DNA from: the human T2T-CHM13v2.0 reference genome, Homo sapiens
Assembly (NCBI RefSeq): GCF_009914755.1
Contig: NC_060936.1
DNA length: 64,000 nucleotides
Direction: 5' to 3' (one strand)
Part shown: piece after piece, positions 1 to 13,587 of the stretch
How the letters are laid out: each line of letters opens with the position of its first letter
How positions within the stretch are numbered: position 1 is the first letter of the stretch
Position numbers and translations under genes: made by a program
Notes under the pieces: model-generated
Database searches by the model: none
The model's input: the letters and a program-made list of their open reading frames with translations, nothing else
Told to the model about the DNA's origin: nothing

Positions 1-296
1 GCTCACGCCTGTAAACCCAGCACTCTGGGAGGCCAAGGTGGGCAGATCACGAGGTCAGGAGATCAAGACCATCCTGGCTAACGTGGTGAAACCCCGTCTC
101 TACTAAAAAAAAAAAAAAAAAAATTAGCCAGGCGTGATGGCGGACGACTGTGGTCCCAGCTACTCAGGAGGCTGAGGCAGGATAATGGCATGAACCTGGA
201 AGGCGGAGCTTGCAGTGAGCCAAGATTGCGCCACTGCACTCCAACCTGGGTGACAGAGCAAGACTCCGTCTCAAAAAAAAAAAAAAAAAAAAAAAA
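1..296 (+). mobile_element. AluY SINE (5' end cut by window edge)
   Basis: Dimeric Alu with Y-type diagnostics gatcacgaggtcaggagatc, ctggctaac and gagcttgcagtgagcc. The central linker is a pure A-run and the poly(A) tail spans 273-296. Confidence 0.95.
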
Positions 297-1011
297 GTTA
301 ACTGGTCTGAAGCAGGCTCATTGTCTGAAATGTTACCCAGAGTTATTTGTCTCATGACCAAGAAAATGAAGAAGTGTAGACACCAAGGGTAATGTTGGAC
401 TGTAAACTCAATAAGCAAAAGAGGGAACTCTCAACACTTGAGAGGGGGCCTGAAAGAAGGCTTCCAGCTATGAGGCTGAGTCCAGGGTTTTTATAGACTG
501 GAAGGGGAAGAATGTGCTGACTGGTCTGTAGACCATTTTGGAGAAAGCACCAGTAAGATAAAGGTATGATAGTGTAAGGAAACAATTGTTGGTAGAGGTG
601 AAGTTGGTCTGGGACCTTGGCCTGGGGCCAATCAAGAGCTAAACTGAAAGCTTGGCCAGGGACCTTGGCCTGGGACCAATCAAGAACTGAAATGATGACT
701 CACCCTATGTAAATGAAAACTTAGCCCGGGGCCAATTACAGAAAGGTAGGCTTATGTAAAATAAGTGAAAAGTGAGAAACCAATAGGTGAAACCTAAGAG
801 ACTAAGGTGTGCCAAGGAGAGAGAAATGTGTCCAAAAAGGGATGGAATTTGCTCATCTGGGTACACAGGTAGCATTTCCATTCCACAACACGGGCTCTTT
901 CTTATCTGCGGTCTGCGGTTTGATTTTCAGGCTGTTCTTTGTTTGAAGGAGTTTTACTGAGGACCTACAATAACTGCCTACCTGACTGGTTTCTTCCTTT
1001 CTCCTCTCTCA
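297..1011 (-). mobile_element. ERV1 solo LTR, MER50-like
   Basis: The reverse complement starts TGAGAGAGGAGAAAGGAAGAAACCAGTCAGG, as I recall for MER50. Length ~715 bp, with internal tandem CCAAT-containing units (gggaccttggcctgggRccaatcaaga at ~611 and ~659). The left end abuts the Alu tail. Confidence 0.7.
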
Positions 1012-1167
1012 GTTCAAATACTTTTATTTAGAACTTCCTTAGACAAATATTCCGTGTCTCAATTTTCTGAGGCTATTGCTCTCAAAACCAACTCCATATT
1101 AAAATCATCTAAAGAGTTATAAAAATACCTACTGCAGACAACTGAATTCATATATTTCAGGTCGGGG

Positions 1168-1290
1168 TGTATCAGCGTTGTAGTTTGTCTAACAAACCAT
1201 TTTAAAACTTGGGGGCTTAAAAATACAACAATTTATTTGCTAATTATCCTTTAATTTTGCCTGAATTCAGCTCAGTAGATATTCTGCTGA
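1168..1290 (-). mobile_element. MLT2-like LTR fragment
   Basis: tgtatcag...taacaaaccat...aaaactt...ggcttaaaa...acaacaatttatttgct is a typical reverse-strand MLT terminus. Confidence 0.45.
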
Positions 1291-3516
1291 AAAGTTCGGT
1301 ATTATTAAGCCATAGCATTGCTGAAAAATACATTATTTCAATAAGAGCCAAAACCAGATGGAGAATCTAAGACTAGGAGAATTATAGGAACGTGTGAACC
1401 AGGGGCTGGAACAGAGAAGACTCAAGGTATTCAGAATAGCTGCCAAATTAGCAACTGGAATTTAAATTTAGGGTGTAACAGATAATTTAAATTCTGTATA
1501 GAACCATAAAGAAATATAAAAACTTAGATTCTAATAATCTCAAATTGTCTAAGAGTTCATTTCTAATAGTTCATTTCCACACAACAGAAGAAATACACAC
1601 AAAAATGAGTAAAATAAAAATTTAAAAAACATTTTAAACATCACCATGGTTGTCTTTCCCAAGACCATGGAGAATGACGAAAGTATTATAATTGTGAAAT
1701 ATTAATTCCAAAGTGTAGCAGCATGCTAGCCAGTCTAGAAAAGTTCATATAATTGCATGTATTTATAAACTATTGTATTTTGATTTTAGGTATTTTTCCA
1801 TTTATATATCTACATATTTTTCTCAATTGAATGTCACAACCAAAGAGCTTGTTTCTGGAATCAATTACATCAACAAAATATTTTGCAGTTCAGTTAATTA
1901 GGTTTTCAAGAGACAAAAAGCAATTACGTAACTGGAATCTCAGTGTAGAATTTCAATAGTACTTAGTAGGTAATCTTTGCTCTGTGAGAGACAAATTGTA
2001 CTTGTTATGAAATATGGTATCATATTTTTAGGAAATATCAAATTTCTTATATTAAAAATTTCATAATGCCACTTGATAATTATCTTCTATCAGATACATT
2101 TTTGTGATATAACTTGGATGACAAGAGCATTAGCAATGAGCCAGTAATTTTAACTCAGCTTTTTGTTTTTTGTAACAGATGGCTTCATTAGAGAAGAATT
2201 CACAGGTAGTGTAGGCATTCTCTTATGAGCATCTCTTAATAAAAACAAGTTCATGTTTATTCTGTCTATCCGTTAACTATACTTAAGGATCACTGATACA
2301 TACAAAATGGCTGTTTATGTGGGGGTATGTGTATGTGTAAGTGTTTTATGAATTTTCAAAACTATAAAATGGCTTAGTGGATTATTTACTCGAAAACAAC
2401 AAAATCTCTTGATAAAATTATTAATATTTAAAATTGAAGAGAATAATGATATACTGTCCTAATGTGACAGTGCCTGTTAGAGCTGGAAGGAAACAAAGGA
2501 TAATGCATATATTTTTCTCTGTATTCGCTTTGGGAAAGTTACACAATTACATTTCATCAAGACAATTTTTTAAATGCCATGTTGGTGTATTCACAACTCT
2601 TTCTACATGGAGATTGCTGGTTCATGATGTTCCCTTGATCTCAAAATGCACTAAACAAGATTCTTCCATTGATCAAGGAGATAGTAACACTTCAGCTTCA
2701 ATGGACAATTCGTGTGATTCTGTGCTCATTTCCAATTTTCTGAATAATAAAAAGGAATATTATTTTAGGATTCTCTGTCTATATACATAAGAGACTTTGT
2801 GTCTCTGAGGCTACACCAGCATCTATAAAATAAGAAACAAATGAGAAATCTATGTTTAAAGCAAAAAGATGCTTTTGGAAAAAAATAAGTAGAAGTTTTC
2901 TGAGAAAGTGATAATACAGCACTAGATTACATTATAAATAAATATTATACTGCACCATCTTATATAGTAGACAGTTTTAATACTGAACATATTTCAAGCT
3001 CCTTAAGTACTATTTTAATTTTCAAATGAGAGGTATGAAATTATGGAGAAAAATGATACTGAAGAACAGTGTTGTGAATACAGCTAAGTAGTGAAGAAAA
3101 TACTGTTTCGATTATTAAAAGGATGCAAATCAATACATGACTCTCCTAAATATTCTTATTCTTTGCAATCAAGGGAATATGGTAGGTTTCAATGAAATGC
3201 TTATTGTGTTATAAAAATCATTTTAATTTTGAAATACAAATTATCTCTCTAGCAAGCTCTGTTAGATGAGTGTGTCTGATATGTTTGCAGCAGGCTTACC
3301 TATAAAGGAAGAAATAACACATTTTAAGGAGCAGCAGACAAAAATCTAAGTATAATTCTGTCTTTATCAAATGTAAACAAGTTTAAGGGAATTTGGAAGG
3401 TTTCATGAAAATATATCTTGGAAAAGAATGTAAAGGAAATGAATATTATAAAGGAAGTTTGTCACATGATTATTGTAAGTACTGTGTAGACACACCAGAG
3501 TATAAAACACATTTTA

Positions 3517-3714
<198 letters not shown>

Positions 3715-3932
3715 TTAATTAAGTGGAAATATACTTTATATTTATATTGAGTCATTGGTTAATTGCATTGGTATATCCAAATAATGTCTTTACCATATCT
3801 AATAGCCTTTACTCTCTAAGGCTCTCCCTTTCAGCCCTCTCCCTCATTGATTCTGGGCTGGCCTTATGGTTTGGTTTAGCCAACAGAATATGCTAGTGTG
3901 CCACTGTGAAAGTAACGTCATTCTACTTTTGA

Positions 3933-4259
<327 letters not shown>

Positions 4260-4373
4260 CATTTAGTCTCTTAACACTCTGAATCTACTATGAGAACAAG
4301 CCCAGGTCTGGACTGCTGGAAGAAGAAAGACCAAGTGGAACAGAGACAAATCATCTCATCTGAAGATATTCTA

Positions 4374-5642
4374 TTAGGCTGGTGCAAAAGTAATTGTAAT
4401 TTCAGACCGTGAATATTAAATCATTATAAGTAGGTGCAAACAAACCTTTATTAATCAAAACAGGAGCCATTACAATTGAAACATTTTTGCCAGCAGGAAA
4501 TAAGTTTGTTTGCTCCTGTAGCATAAAAATTAATGCTTCAGGGTTCTAGGAACACTTGGAAAGCATTTTCTGTATCCTGCTGATTGTGGAAGCGTTTTCC
4601 CTGCAAAAAGTTGTTGAGATGCTTGAAGAAGTGCTAGTCGGTTGGTGAGAGGTCAGGTGAATATGGAGGATGAGGCAAAACTTCATAGCCTAATTCATTC
4701 AACTTTGGAAGCATTGGTTGTGTGACATGTGGTCAGGCATTGTCTTAGAAAAGACTTGGGCCCTTTCTGATGACCAATGCCGGCAGCAGACATTGCAATT
4801 TTTGGTACATCTCATCAGTTTGCTGAACATACTTCTCAGATGTAATGGTTTTGCTGGGATTCAGAAAGCTACAGTGGATCAAACCTGCAGCAGACAACCC
4901 AACAGTGATCATGACCTTTTTTCCGGTGCATGTTTGGCTTTGGGAAGTACTTTGGAGCTTCTTTCAGTCTAACCACTGAGCTGAACGTCTCTGGTTGTCA
5001 TATGAAATCCACTTTTCATCACACGTCACAATCGGATTGAGAAATGGTTCGTTGTTGTGTAGAATAAGAGAAAGCGGCACTTCAAAATTACAATTTTTAA
5101 ATTTTTGCTCAGCTCATAAGGTACCCATTTATTGAGCCTTTTCACCTTTCCAATTTGCTTCAAATGACCAATGACCGTAGAATGGTCAACATTGAGTTCT
5201 TTGGCAACTTCTTGTGAAGGTGTAAGAGATCAGCTTCGATGATTGTTCTTAATTGGCTGTTATCAACTTCCAACAGCCAAACCCTATGCTCCTCATTCTC
5301 AAGGCTCTCATCTCCTTTGCAAAACTTGAAATACCACTGTACATATGTTCATTAGCAGTTACTGGGCCAGAAGCATTGTTGATGTTGAGTTTTCTCCACT
5401 GCTTTACGACCCATTTTGAACTCGAATAAGAAAATCACTCAAATTTCCTTTTTGTCTAACATCATTTCCATAGTCTAAAATAAACATAAAATAAATGGCA
5501 GGTAATAAGTCATTAGCAAAAAATAAGTGAAAAATGCCCATTAAAATGATGTATAACATAACCACATTTATTTAAGAAAGTATTCCAATAAATGGTAAAT
5601 TCCAACAACGCAAAAACTGCAATTACTTTTGAACTCACCTAA
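4374..5642 (-). mobile_element. Hsmar1 mariner DNA transposon, near full length
   Basis: TIRs ttaggctggtgcaaaagtaattg (4374) and aaaactgcaattacttttgaactcacctaa (to 5642), each flanked by TA (4372-73, 5643-44). Length 1269 bp, with an internal transposase relic. Confidence 0.95.
4451..5471 (-). pseudogene. Hsmar1 transposase pseudogene (family that gave rise to the SETMAR transposase domain)
   Basis: The minus strand reads MEMMLDKKEI*VIFLFEFKMGRKA... from the ATG at 5471, with a stop at codon 11 (CGA>TGA-type decay). It ends ...CNGSCFD* at 4451. No long ORF remains. Confidence 0.92.
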
Positions 5643-7334
5643 TAGATCAGCCAGCTACGGACAACCTGCTAGCTGAACACAGAAGCATAAACAAGTCTAC
5701 CCAAGATCATCCAAACAGGTTCAATCAACAGATCAATTCAACTGATATCACATTCATGAAAGGTAATAAATTGTTATTATAAGTCATTATGTTTGGAGAT
5801 AGTTTGTGGCATGACAATACCATGATAATACGTAACATACAGTGTAATTTATTATTTAAATAAAGGGTTTTGAGAATGAAATGCACCACTGTCAATAATT
5901 ATGCTGGGAAAATAGTCATGAATTAGAATTGTCAAAGTAAACTCAGGCATATAGTCATCTTATCTAAAGTACTGTCTTTTTTATGAGATTTAGGTTTTCT
6001 TTAGGAGGGGTAAGGAATATGAATAATTTAGAAAAATTAAAGGCAAAAATATCACCACTTTTAATGATATGTGCATTCAACATTTACCTGCAACTAATAG
6101 AAACATACCTCAAAATGATTTACAAAGTAAAGATATTTACAATGTCACACAAATAAGATCAGTTTGTTTAGTGGATCAGCATAGCACCAAAAAAAAAAAA
6201 GCTGCATTCTAATCCAAGTTTATTCTTTGGATGCAGATTGAAGTTGTTCTTTTCCTTTTCCAATAAGATGCAAAATGTTTTATCATGAAAATGCATGAAA
6301 TTATTACAAGTATAATTGAGAAGTTATAATCACTATTAGAACAGAGTTCTGTAATATTTCTGTGCTAAAATGGAAACATAGATGTATGCTTTCTCAAAGA
6401 AAGAAATGGATATTATTTCAGTGAGCCAAATTTAGAATTCAAATATAAAACTAGAAAAATAAATTTTCTTTCATCTTTAAATTTCATCTAATTTCTCATT
6501 CTTTGTGAGGCAGTTCTATGTAAATATTGTCTTGTATCTAACCCATTTCTGAAGAAGCAAGGCCAACACAAAGACTCTTTCTGTATTGTGTGGGGACTCA
6601 GGAACACATAAGACTAATATCTTCTTAATTCTCACTGCTTTAAAATGTGATTTCAAGACCTTCTAGATTTGTAGGTGGGACATATTTCAAGGTTTTTAAC
6701 TTGAATGCATTATGATTATTTTTATTTCCTTAATAAAATTTCAAGGATATTCTGCTTCTTAAAAAAACACTGCTATAGAACTGGAGTAGATTGGCTCCAA
6801 GTTTAAATACAGTTTAGCTTTCCCTGTGGGAGGTGCATAATAATTGTTTTGTTTCCAGAGCATCACAGAGTAATATGAAATTTGCAGAAAATATTAAATA
6901 GAACCTAGGCTTAGCTCCTGCCTCTGAATCATCATCCAGAGGAAATGAGCACTGGATGTCATAAAAAGCAAATGTAACATTAACTCTCTGCAGTTGAAAT
7001 GAAAGTAATTCACCTACTAGCATATTTCAAAATGATCTTCCAAAGAGATGTCTTGCATTAGTTTATGATACTTTATTCACTATGAATTACAGAAATTGTT
7101 CTTTATTGACAGGATTTTTTGGTTTGTATTTTCTCTAAGGTTCAATCTTTGGCTAAAAGAGCATGTTTGAATTTATAACTTACTGAGTTTCTATTGAAGC
7201 TTAAGTGGTTCATAGAATCTTAAAAATATATCTTATTGCTGACAGAGAAGTGTTTCAAAATTCCCACTTTGTGATATGAATATGTGTAATTGGTAAATTG
7301 CTGAATATATTTCATGTTTAGGGTTGCATTTCTG

Positions 7335-7685
7335 TTCAGAGTTCTGGCTCTGAAATACTTAGGTTTGATGTTGGGTTCAAGCTTTTATTCTTTCTGTGAT
7401 CTTGTAAAATTACTACCTATTGATAAGAGGATAACAATTGACCCTTTCTCTGTTGTGAAATTAAATTATATAGCCCAAGTAAAACTCCTGACATAGTGCC
7501 AAATACATAGTGAATCATTAATAAACAATAGATGTTATTATTAATGAAGTTTATAATATAGTGAAAACAAGCCTGGCCAAGAAATGCTGAGCTCTAGTAA
7601 AAATACTGTTACTTAATAGCTCTGTAACCTTGAGAAAAACACAAACTTCCATTGAATCCATTTTAATGTCCATAAAATGAAGGTT
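7335..7685 (+). mobile_element. Two adjacent MIR SINE relics
   Basis: MIR core-like tagctctgtaaccttgag...cataaaatga, and 3' end cctgacatagt...aataaac...ttattatt. Confidence 0.5.
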
Positions 7686-8486
7686 TTCATATATGCCCTA
7701 TATATATATATATACACATAGTTATGACATACAGTCAGATAGTATTTTGTTTAAAGCTGTTTTTTTCCCTTTCTCCCTTCACACACAAATTTCCTGTAAG
7801 AATGTGAAATTAGATGATGTTTTCTACATAGGTCCATATTTAAAATAAATGGAAACTCAGATCAAATTGCTGGCAATTACATGTAGTATTTGCATGTATT
7901 TAAATATTTTCCATGATTTGGCTTTTCTAGATAATATGTGCTTTTCAATACTATATGCCTTCATTTCTAATAGCTAACTATCAGCCATTTATAATAGTTC
8001 AGTACTCAAACCACTTACTACCTAAGACATATTTCTTTTATCCCTTTGGAATACCATGATTATAAAATTTAGCCCTGAAAAAGAATGAAACTGGTTATAT
8101 GTCTCAAGTAAGCTATTTTGGTCACCATTTCTCCCAGGAAAAACTTACTATAGATTTATAATCCATATTTAAAATTGATGAACCTTAAGGATGGAATGAA
8201 AATGAAATATTCAGGCACTCAACCTTCAACATGATTTAAATATTGAAGTAGAATTGAGGGGGTTAGCTTGGGGGAAATAAAGGAAAAAAGGTGAAGAAAG
8301 AAGAAGAAATAAAGAATTGTCTTTCTGTCTGATTCATATTGCTGCAAAGAAACTTAAACTTTTACATACAAGATTAAAATATATATTAATGGTATGAGTG
8401 TCTATTTCCACTCAGTATTGCAAGGCCATTCAGCTGAATCTTTTTGAATACTACCAAATGCTCCAAATTCTTTCACAGAGCCTACT

Positions 8487-8489
<3 letters not shown>

Positions 8490-8527
<38 letters not shown>
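8490..8527. repeat. (TG)19 microsatellite
   Basis: Uninterrupted TG run. Confidence 0.97.
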
Positions 8528-8530
<3 letters not shown>

Positions 8531-8711
8531 TTAAAAGGCGATTGGCAGTTTAGCTATCTCCATGGAGATTAATGGTATGTGATTTGCACAATGCTTTTAA
8601 AGCAGGATAAGGTGCCAGATTCAATGACAATTATGAGCCAGTTTAGTTCTAAACCACAAATCTTTGGGAATGAGATCTAGAGAAAACAAAAATTGTATTC
8701 TAAGAACATAC

Positions 8712-9103
8712 TGCAATGGACTAAATGTTTGTGTCCCCTCAAAATTCAGATGTTGAAATCCTAACCTCCATGTAATGATGTCAGGAGGTGGAATCCTTTT
8801 CTAAGGGCACTATCCCTTTTTGAGTGCTCCATCCTCATGACTGAATGTGAAGTCCTCATCAAGGGATAGTGCCCTTAGAAAAGGATTCCAGAGACCACTC
8901 TCACCCTCTTTCAAATATGTGAAGATACCACGAGAAGTTAGCAGTCTGTAACCCAGAAAAGGGCCTGCACAAGAACCCAACCATGCCAGTACCTTGGTCT
9001 CAGATTTCCAGGCTTCAGAAATGTGAGAAACAAACGTGAGAAAAGTTGTTTATAAGCCACTTCATCAATGGTACTTTGTTACAGCCGCCTGAATTAAAAC
9101 ACA
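8712..9103 (+). mobile_element. MLT1A-type MaLR solo LTR with internal inverted duplication
   Basis: 5' tgcaatggactaaatgtttgtgtcccctcaaaattc...gttgaaatcctaacc; 3' gttgtttataagccac...atggtactttgttacagc. Confidence 0.85.
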
Positions 9104-9187
9104 TACCTATACTTTAAATACAAAAAATATTCAAAATGGCATTCTGTTGAGTTTAGGAAATAGCTACTATTTTCCATGAGATCATTC

Positions 9188-9716
9188 TGTTGGGGGACAA
9201 TCCTCTACGGTGACAGTTTTGTCCTGGACTATCTTTTAAAGGATGTTTGTATAGTAAGCAGCCTGGGACAATGAAGATAGTGTCTCCCTGTAAGTCAGTA
9301 GGCAGATTTCTTTCCTGACCAGGATTATATAGATAGTATCTTCCTGGGGCAAAAGCGGAGCAGGTTTGTTACAGCCTCCACAATAATATTGGAGAAAACC
9401 TCAACTCAGAATTGCACACCTGTGACTCAGACCACTACGTCTACCTTGGTCATTCCAGATGACCCCCATGAGTTTTGGGGAGCAAAAGCAATTGATGCAA
9501 ACATGAAGCTCATGCCACCTTCTGTGTCATGAGCAGTAAGATCCTTTGTCTCTGTCTCAGAGGTCTTTGGCCTCCTGCTTGCATCTATGAAACTGTGGTA
9601 GGGTAACTTGCTAGCATAGAAGTAGGGTAAAGTCTTGGATGCAGGTCTCTGTGCCAAATGGTACATGGAAAGAAATACAAAGAGGTAATGTAAACCGTAC
9701 CCTAAAGTTCTTGACA
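9188..9716 (+). mobile_element. LTR40-type ERVL solo LTR
   Basis: TG...CA ends. Internal ctggactatcttttaaaggatgtttgtatag, gatagtgtctccct and tatgaaactgtgg...taacttgctagc...aagtagggtaaa; terminal agttcttgaca. Confidence 0.75.
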
Positions 9717-11742
9717 GAAGAACATATAGTCAATATTTTTAAATGCAAAATATTACTTTCCCATGTAAAAATCAAAACATGGTAATGAGTAAGCATAAAG
9801 ATATGCTGATTATTCTGTATATTTGTATAAGCAAAATCTTTTTTTTCTAGAAACAACTTCTAACTATTTTTCTTAGGCAGTGGACTATGGAGATATAGAA
9901 AAGTATGGAAACAATCTGACATATTAGGAGAGAAAGTGCTAAGGAAAAGTATTCAGAAATTCTTGGATAGCATAGAATCCTGAAACACTTGGCTTTAGTG
10001 ATCCTATAATGCTGAACTCAGTATTCTCAGAAATTGAGCATTTCCCTCAGCTTCTAGACCAGAAATTAATCATCCCTCATTTTATTATTTTGAGACTGAG
10101 TCTAAATTTGGAAATAAACAATCTCTATGTCATTGAATCTATCTTTCCACAATCCTATCTTTCCTCAATATTAGGCACTTGAACTAGTAGTAATTCAAGT
10201 GCCGAATTAAATGGAAAGCACATTTTGCATATAACTAGTAGTAAGTTTATTTTGCATACAACTAGTAGTAATTTGAATAAGAGTCCTGGAAATTACAATA
10301 CTTGCACTTACTTAATAGTAAGAAAGACCCAGTGAAGGTAGTCTTACTAGTTAGCCTGATTCAGGATGGTCACCCAGTCTAGACCATTCCTGTTCAGAAC
10401 CAAAGTTGTATAGGGCCATTTCACTGTCCTAAAGACAAGCCTTGGCTTAGCACTGAATTGTAAGGGAAATCTCCCAAAATGTAAAAAAGCATAAAAATGT
10501 CAAAAGCCTTCAGAAGTTGTTTTCTATTTCATAGTCTATTTTTAAATGATAGAGACTTCTTTTTGTGCCACAAAAAAATTGAGTGTGAAGACAGTATCAC
10601 AAGTTTTACTTCATTTAATTCAGCGTTCCCTAAGCTGAAAATGGAGAAAGCATTAATAAATACTGAATTCCCTGTCTCAGACCTGCCTGGAAAAGATTTT
10701 AATAAATTACATTTTATGCTGCAATTCAAGCATTGAGCTGCCACAGTTATGATTAATAGAGCAGCATTCTTATATAGGAACAGCAGTTCTAAAATAAAAG
10801 AATTTTATCATACATTGATATCACATCAACATTGAAAAGAAGTGCAAATATTGTTGTAGAAAAATAACTGAATAGAAAATGAATAAATTTCCTTGAATTA
10901 TGCTTTAACTCAATTCTATATCAGATTGTAAAGTATAACAGCAGTAATTGCCACAGTTTAAAAAATAATTTGTGAAAAATGGAGTTTAATCTTTTGATTT
11001 TGTATAAGACTTTGAGAGTTTATAAAATTTATTTGAACAACAGGGTTCTGGATTAAAATCATACCCTTTATTTGAAGTTCAAAACAAATGTACATGAAAA
11101 ACCAGCAAAGATATCAACAATTTAAAAATTCTTAATGTTGTTGGCAACAGTTATGTACAAATTCAAAAATTTAAATTATTTTTAAAAATCCAGTTATTTT
11201 TGAAATTATTTTATAGTTTTAAATCTTTGCAAATCAAAATTGATTTCTCTGTGTAGTGGGTGTGACAACGTATTATCTTAATAGCTGATACCAGAATTTT
11301 TCATTCAGCAGAAACTGCATTTATTTAGAAAATTCTATTGAAGGGATGAAAGTTAGCTATTTAGTTTTTAGTTCATGGGACTGGATGAGTTAAGCAGCAG
11401 GAAAATTATTCTGCGTTACATTTGAACAGAAATTGGAAATAAGGAGAGCAAAGAGGTGAGGATAAAAAAAAAAAAAAAAGGTCCGGAGAAAAGAGTCAAG
11501 TAATGCGGTGACCCACCAATGCTTCAGTGGCAGGAATGGCTGAGGAACTATTAGTTAGATATCCAGTATTTATTTTGAAGTTGTTAAGTTACAAAGAGAA
11601 AATGTCTTCATCTTTAATTTTATGGAAAGCTTGGTATACTCCTCCTTCTTTAAAAACAAAGAAACAAACATGCAATTCTAGGAGTCAGTCATTCTGAATT
11701 ATTTCCTAATGCCAACCTCATGGCTTGTCAACACTTTCTCTA

Positions 11743-11895
11743 AGCAATGGCTTTCCAATTTTATCATTCATCAGAATTCACTGGGGCACTTTTAAAAGCA
11801 TGCTAGGATACATCCCCAGCATTTTTAAGACAATAATCTAGAGTATGACCCAAAGCTGCTGGTTTGGGGATCATGTTTTGAGAATGGCTTCCCTA
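11743..11895. mobile_element. MER5A-type hAT MITE relic
   Basis: catcagaattcactgggg...gctgctggtttggggatcatgttttgagaa. Confidence 0.55.
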
Positions 11896-11929
11896 AAGAA
11901 TAATCTAAATTAGTGGGTCTCATTATTTT

Positions 11930-12356
11930 CCTTGCTACTACCCTAGCTCAGGCCACCATCTCTCACCTAGGCAATAGCCTTCTAACTGATCTCTCTACTA
12001 TTCCTTTGCCCTACCCCCATATAATCCATTCTCTACTCAGCAGCCTGAATAATCTTTCAAGAAATATCAGTCAAGTTGTGTAAATATAATTTCCTTGAAA
12101 AGGCCTCCTTTGACAACTTTACATAAAGTAAAATGGACTCATTTTCCCCACACCTCATACCCCCTGATGCATACCTCTTTATTTTTAAGTCTATGTACCA
12201 CTAGGCTATATTTTTTAAAAAGTCTATTGTTTGTGATACATTAGATTTATGACATAAGAGATCTTGTCTCTCTTGTTTGTATCCCTGCTCCAAGATATTA
12301 CAGGGCCCATATTGTAGCTTTCACTAATATTTGTTGAAAGAATAAAGGAAATGAAT
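11930..12356 (+). mobile_element. L2 LINE 3' fragment
   Basis: caggccaccatctctcacct...aatagccttctaactgatctc; terminal aatatttgttgaaagaat. Confidence 0.65.
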
Positions 12357-12529
12357 GCCCTGTGTGTATTAGGCAGAGAAGTTGAATTATGTTCTGTAGA
12401 ATTTAAACGGAAGAATTCTATACTTACCTGGTTGGCGGAAACTAAAACAATTCCTGATATAATTTCTTGGAATACAAACTGAGACACAAAGGCTATATAA
12501 ATGTTGTCTCTCATCCCTTACTCCTGGAA

Positions 12530-12691
12530 TTTTTTTTTTTTAACTTTTAAGTTTAGGGGTACTAGTACAGGTTACATAGGTACACTTGTGTCATGGGAGT
12601 TTGTTGTACAGATTATTTCATCACCCAGGTACTAAGCCTATTACCCATTAGTTATTTCTCCTGATCCTTTCCTTTCTCCACCCTCTGAAAG
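12530..12691 (-). mobile_element. Short L1PA (older primate) 3' end
   Basis: Poly(T), then aacttttaagtttaggggtac...tgttgtacagattatttcatcacccaggtactaagcct. Confidence 0.8.
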
Positions 12692-13056
12692 TCACTCCCA
12701 ATAATTTTAATACCTTTTGAGGACTGAACTTTCCATTGATGATATAATGAGTATTAAACCAATCTTCTCTAGAGCTAAAGGGAAAAGTCATTCCCAGCTT
12801 TGGAAACAGATCAGATATAAGCAAATCCATCTCTTCTTTGACATCATTGTTCAGATATAATGGTACTATTAAGTAATTAATGACCATAACCAGAGGTATG
12901 TTTGTACTGTACTATGTATTTTAGAATTTAATATGCTCAAATAATCCTTAACAATTTGATTTGTTTTTGAAATCTACAAAATGTCTGTCTGATTTCTATA
13001 ATTTTTAAAAAGTATTTAAGTCTATTTCTAAACACACAGACATGTGCATACAGGTG

Positions 13057-13066
13057 CATACACATA

Positions 13067-13099
<33 letters not shown>
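13057..13099. repeat. (CA)n microsatellite, imperfect 5' part
   Basis: CA run with CATA interruptions. Confidence 0.95.
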
Positions 13100-13239
13100 C
13101 CCACACCAGGATTTGACTTAACTATATTGGATGTTTACAAACAAGTTGAGGCATCTGTACATGAGGCAAGACAAAGGGGATAATAATATAAGCTGAATTT
13201 TAATTTTCCAAATGTAGTGATTCATTTTGATTATGATTA

Positions 13240-13587
<348 letters not shown>

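Noticed and set aside
164-418. Alu-derived ORFs (also 3984-4169, 13489-13671, 34692-34962, 55802-55993)
   Set aside because: Standard Alu translations ([22 protein letters not shown]); not genes.
2434-2790. 118-aa plus-strand ORF in unique sequence
   Set aside because: Starts at TTG, has no recognisable domain and no supporting gene structure.
4718-4972. 84-aa ORF in Hsmar1
   Set aside because: Antisense to the transposase relic.
12420-12431. Possible U1 snRNA pseudogene
   Set aside because: Identity stops after 12 nt (ttggcgg instead of cagggg); better explained as a minus-strand donor site.
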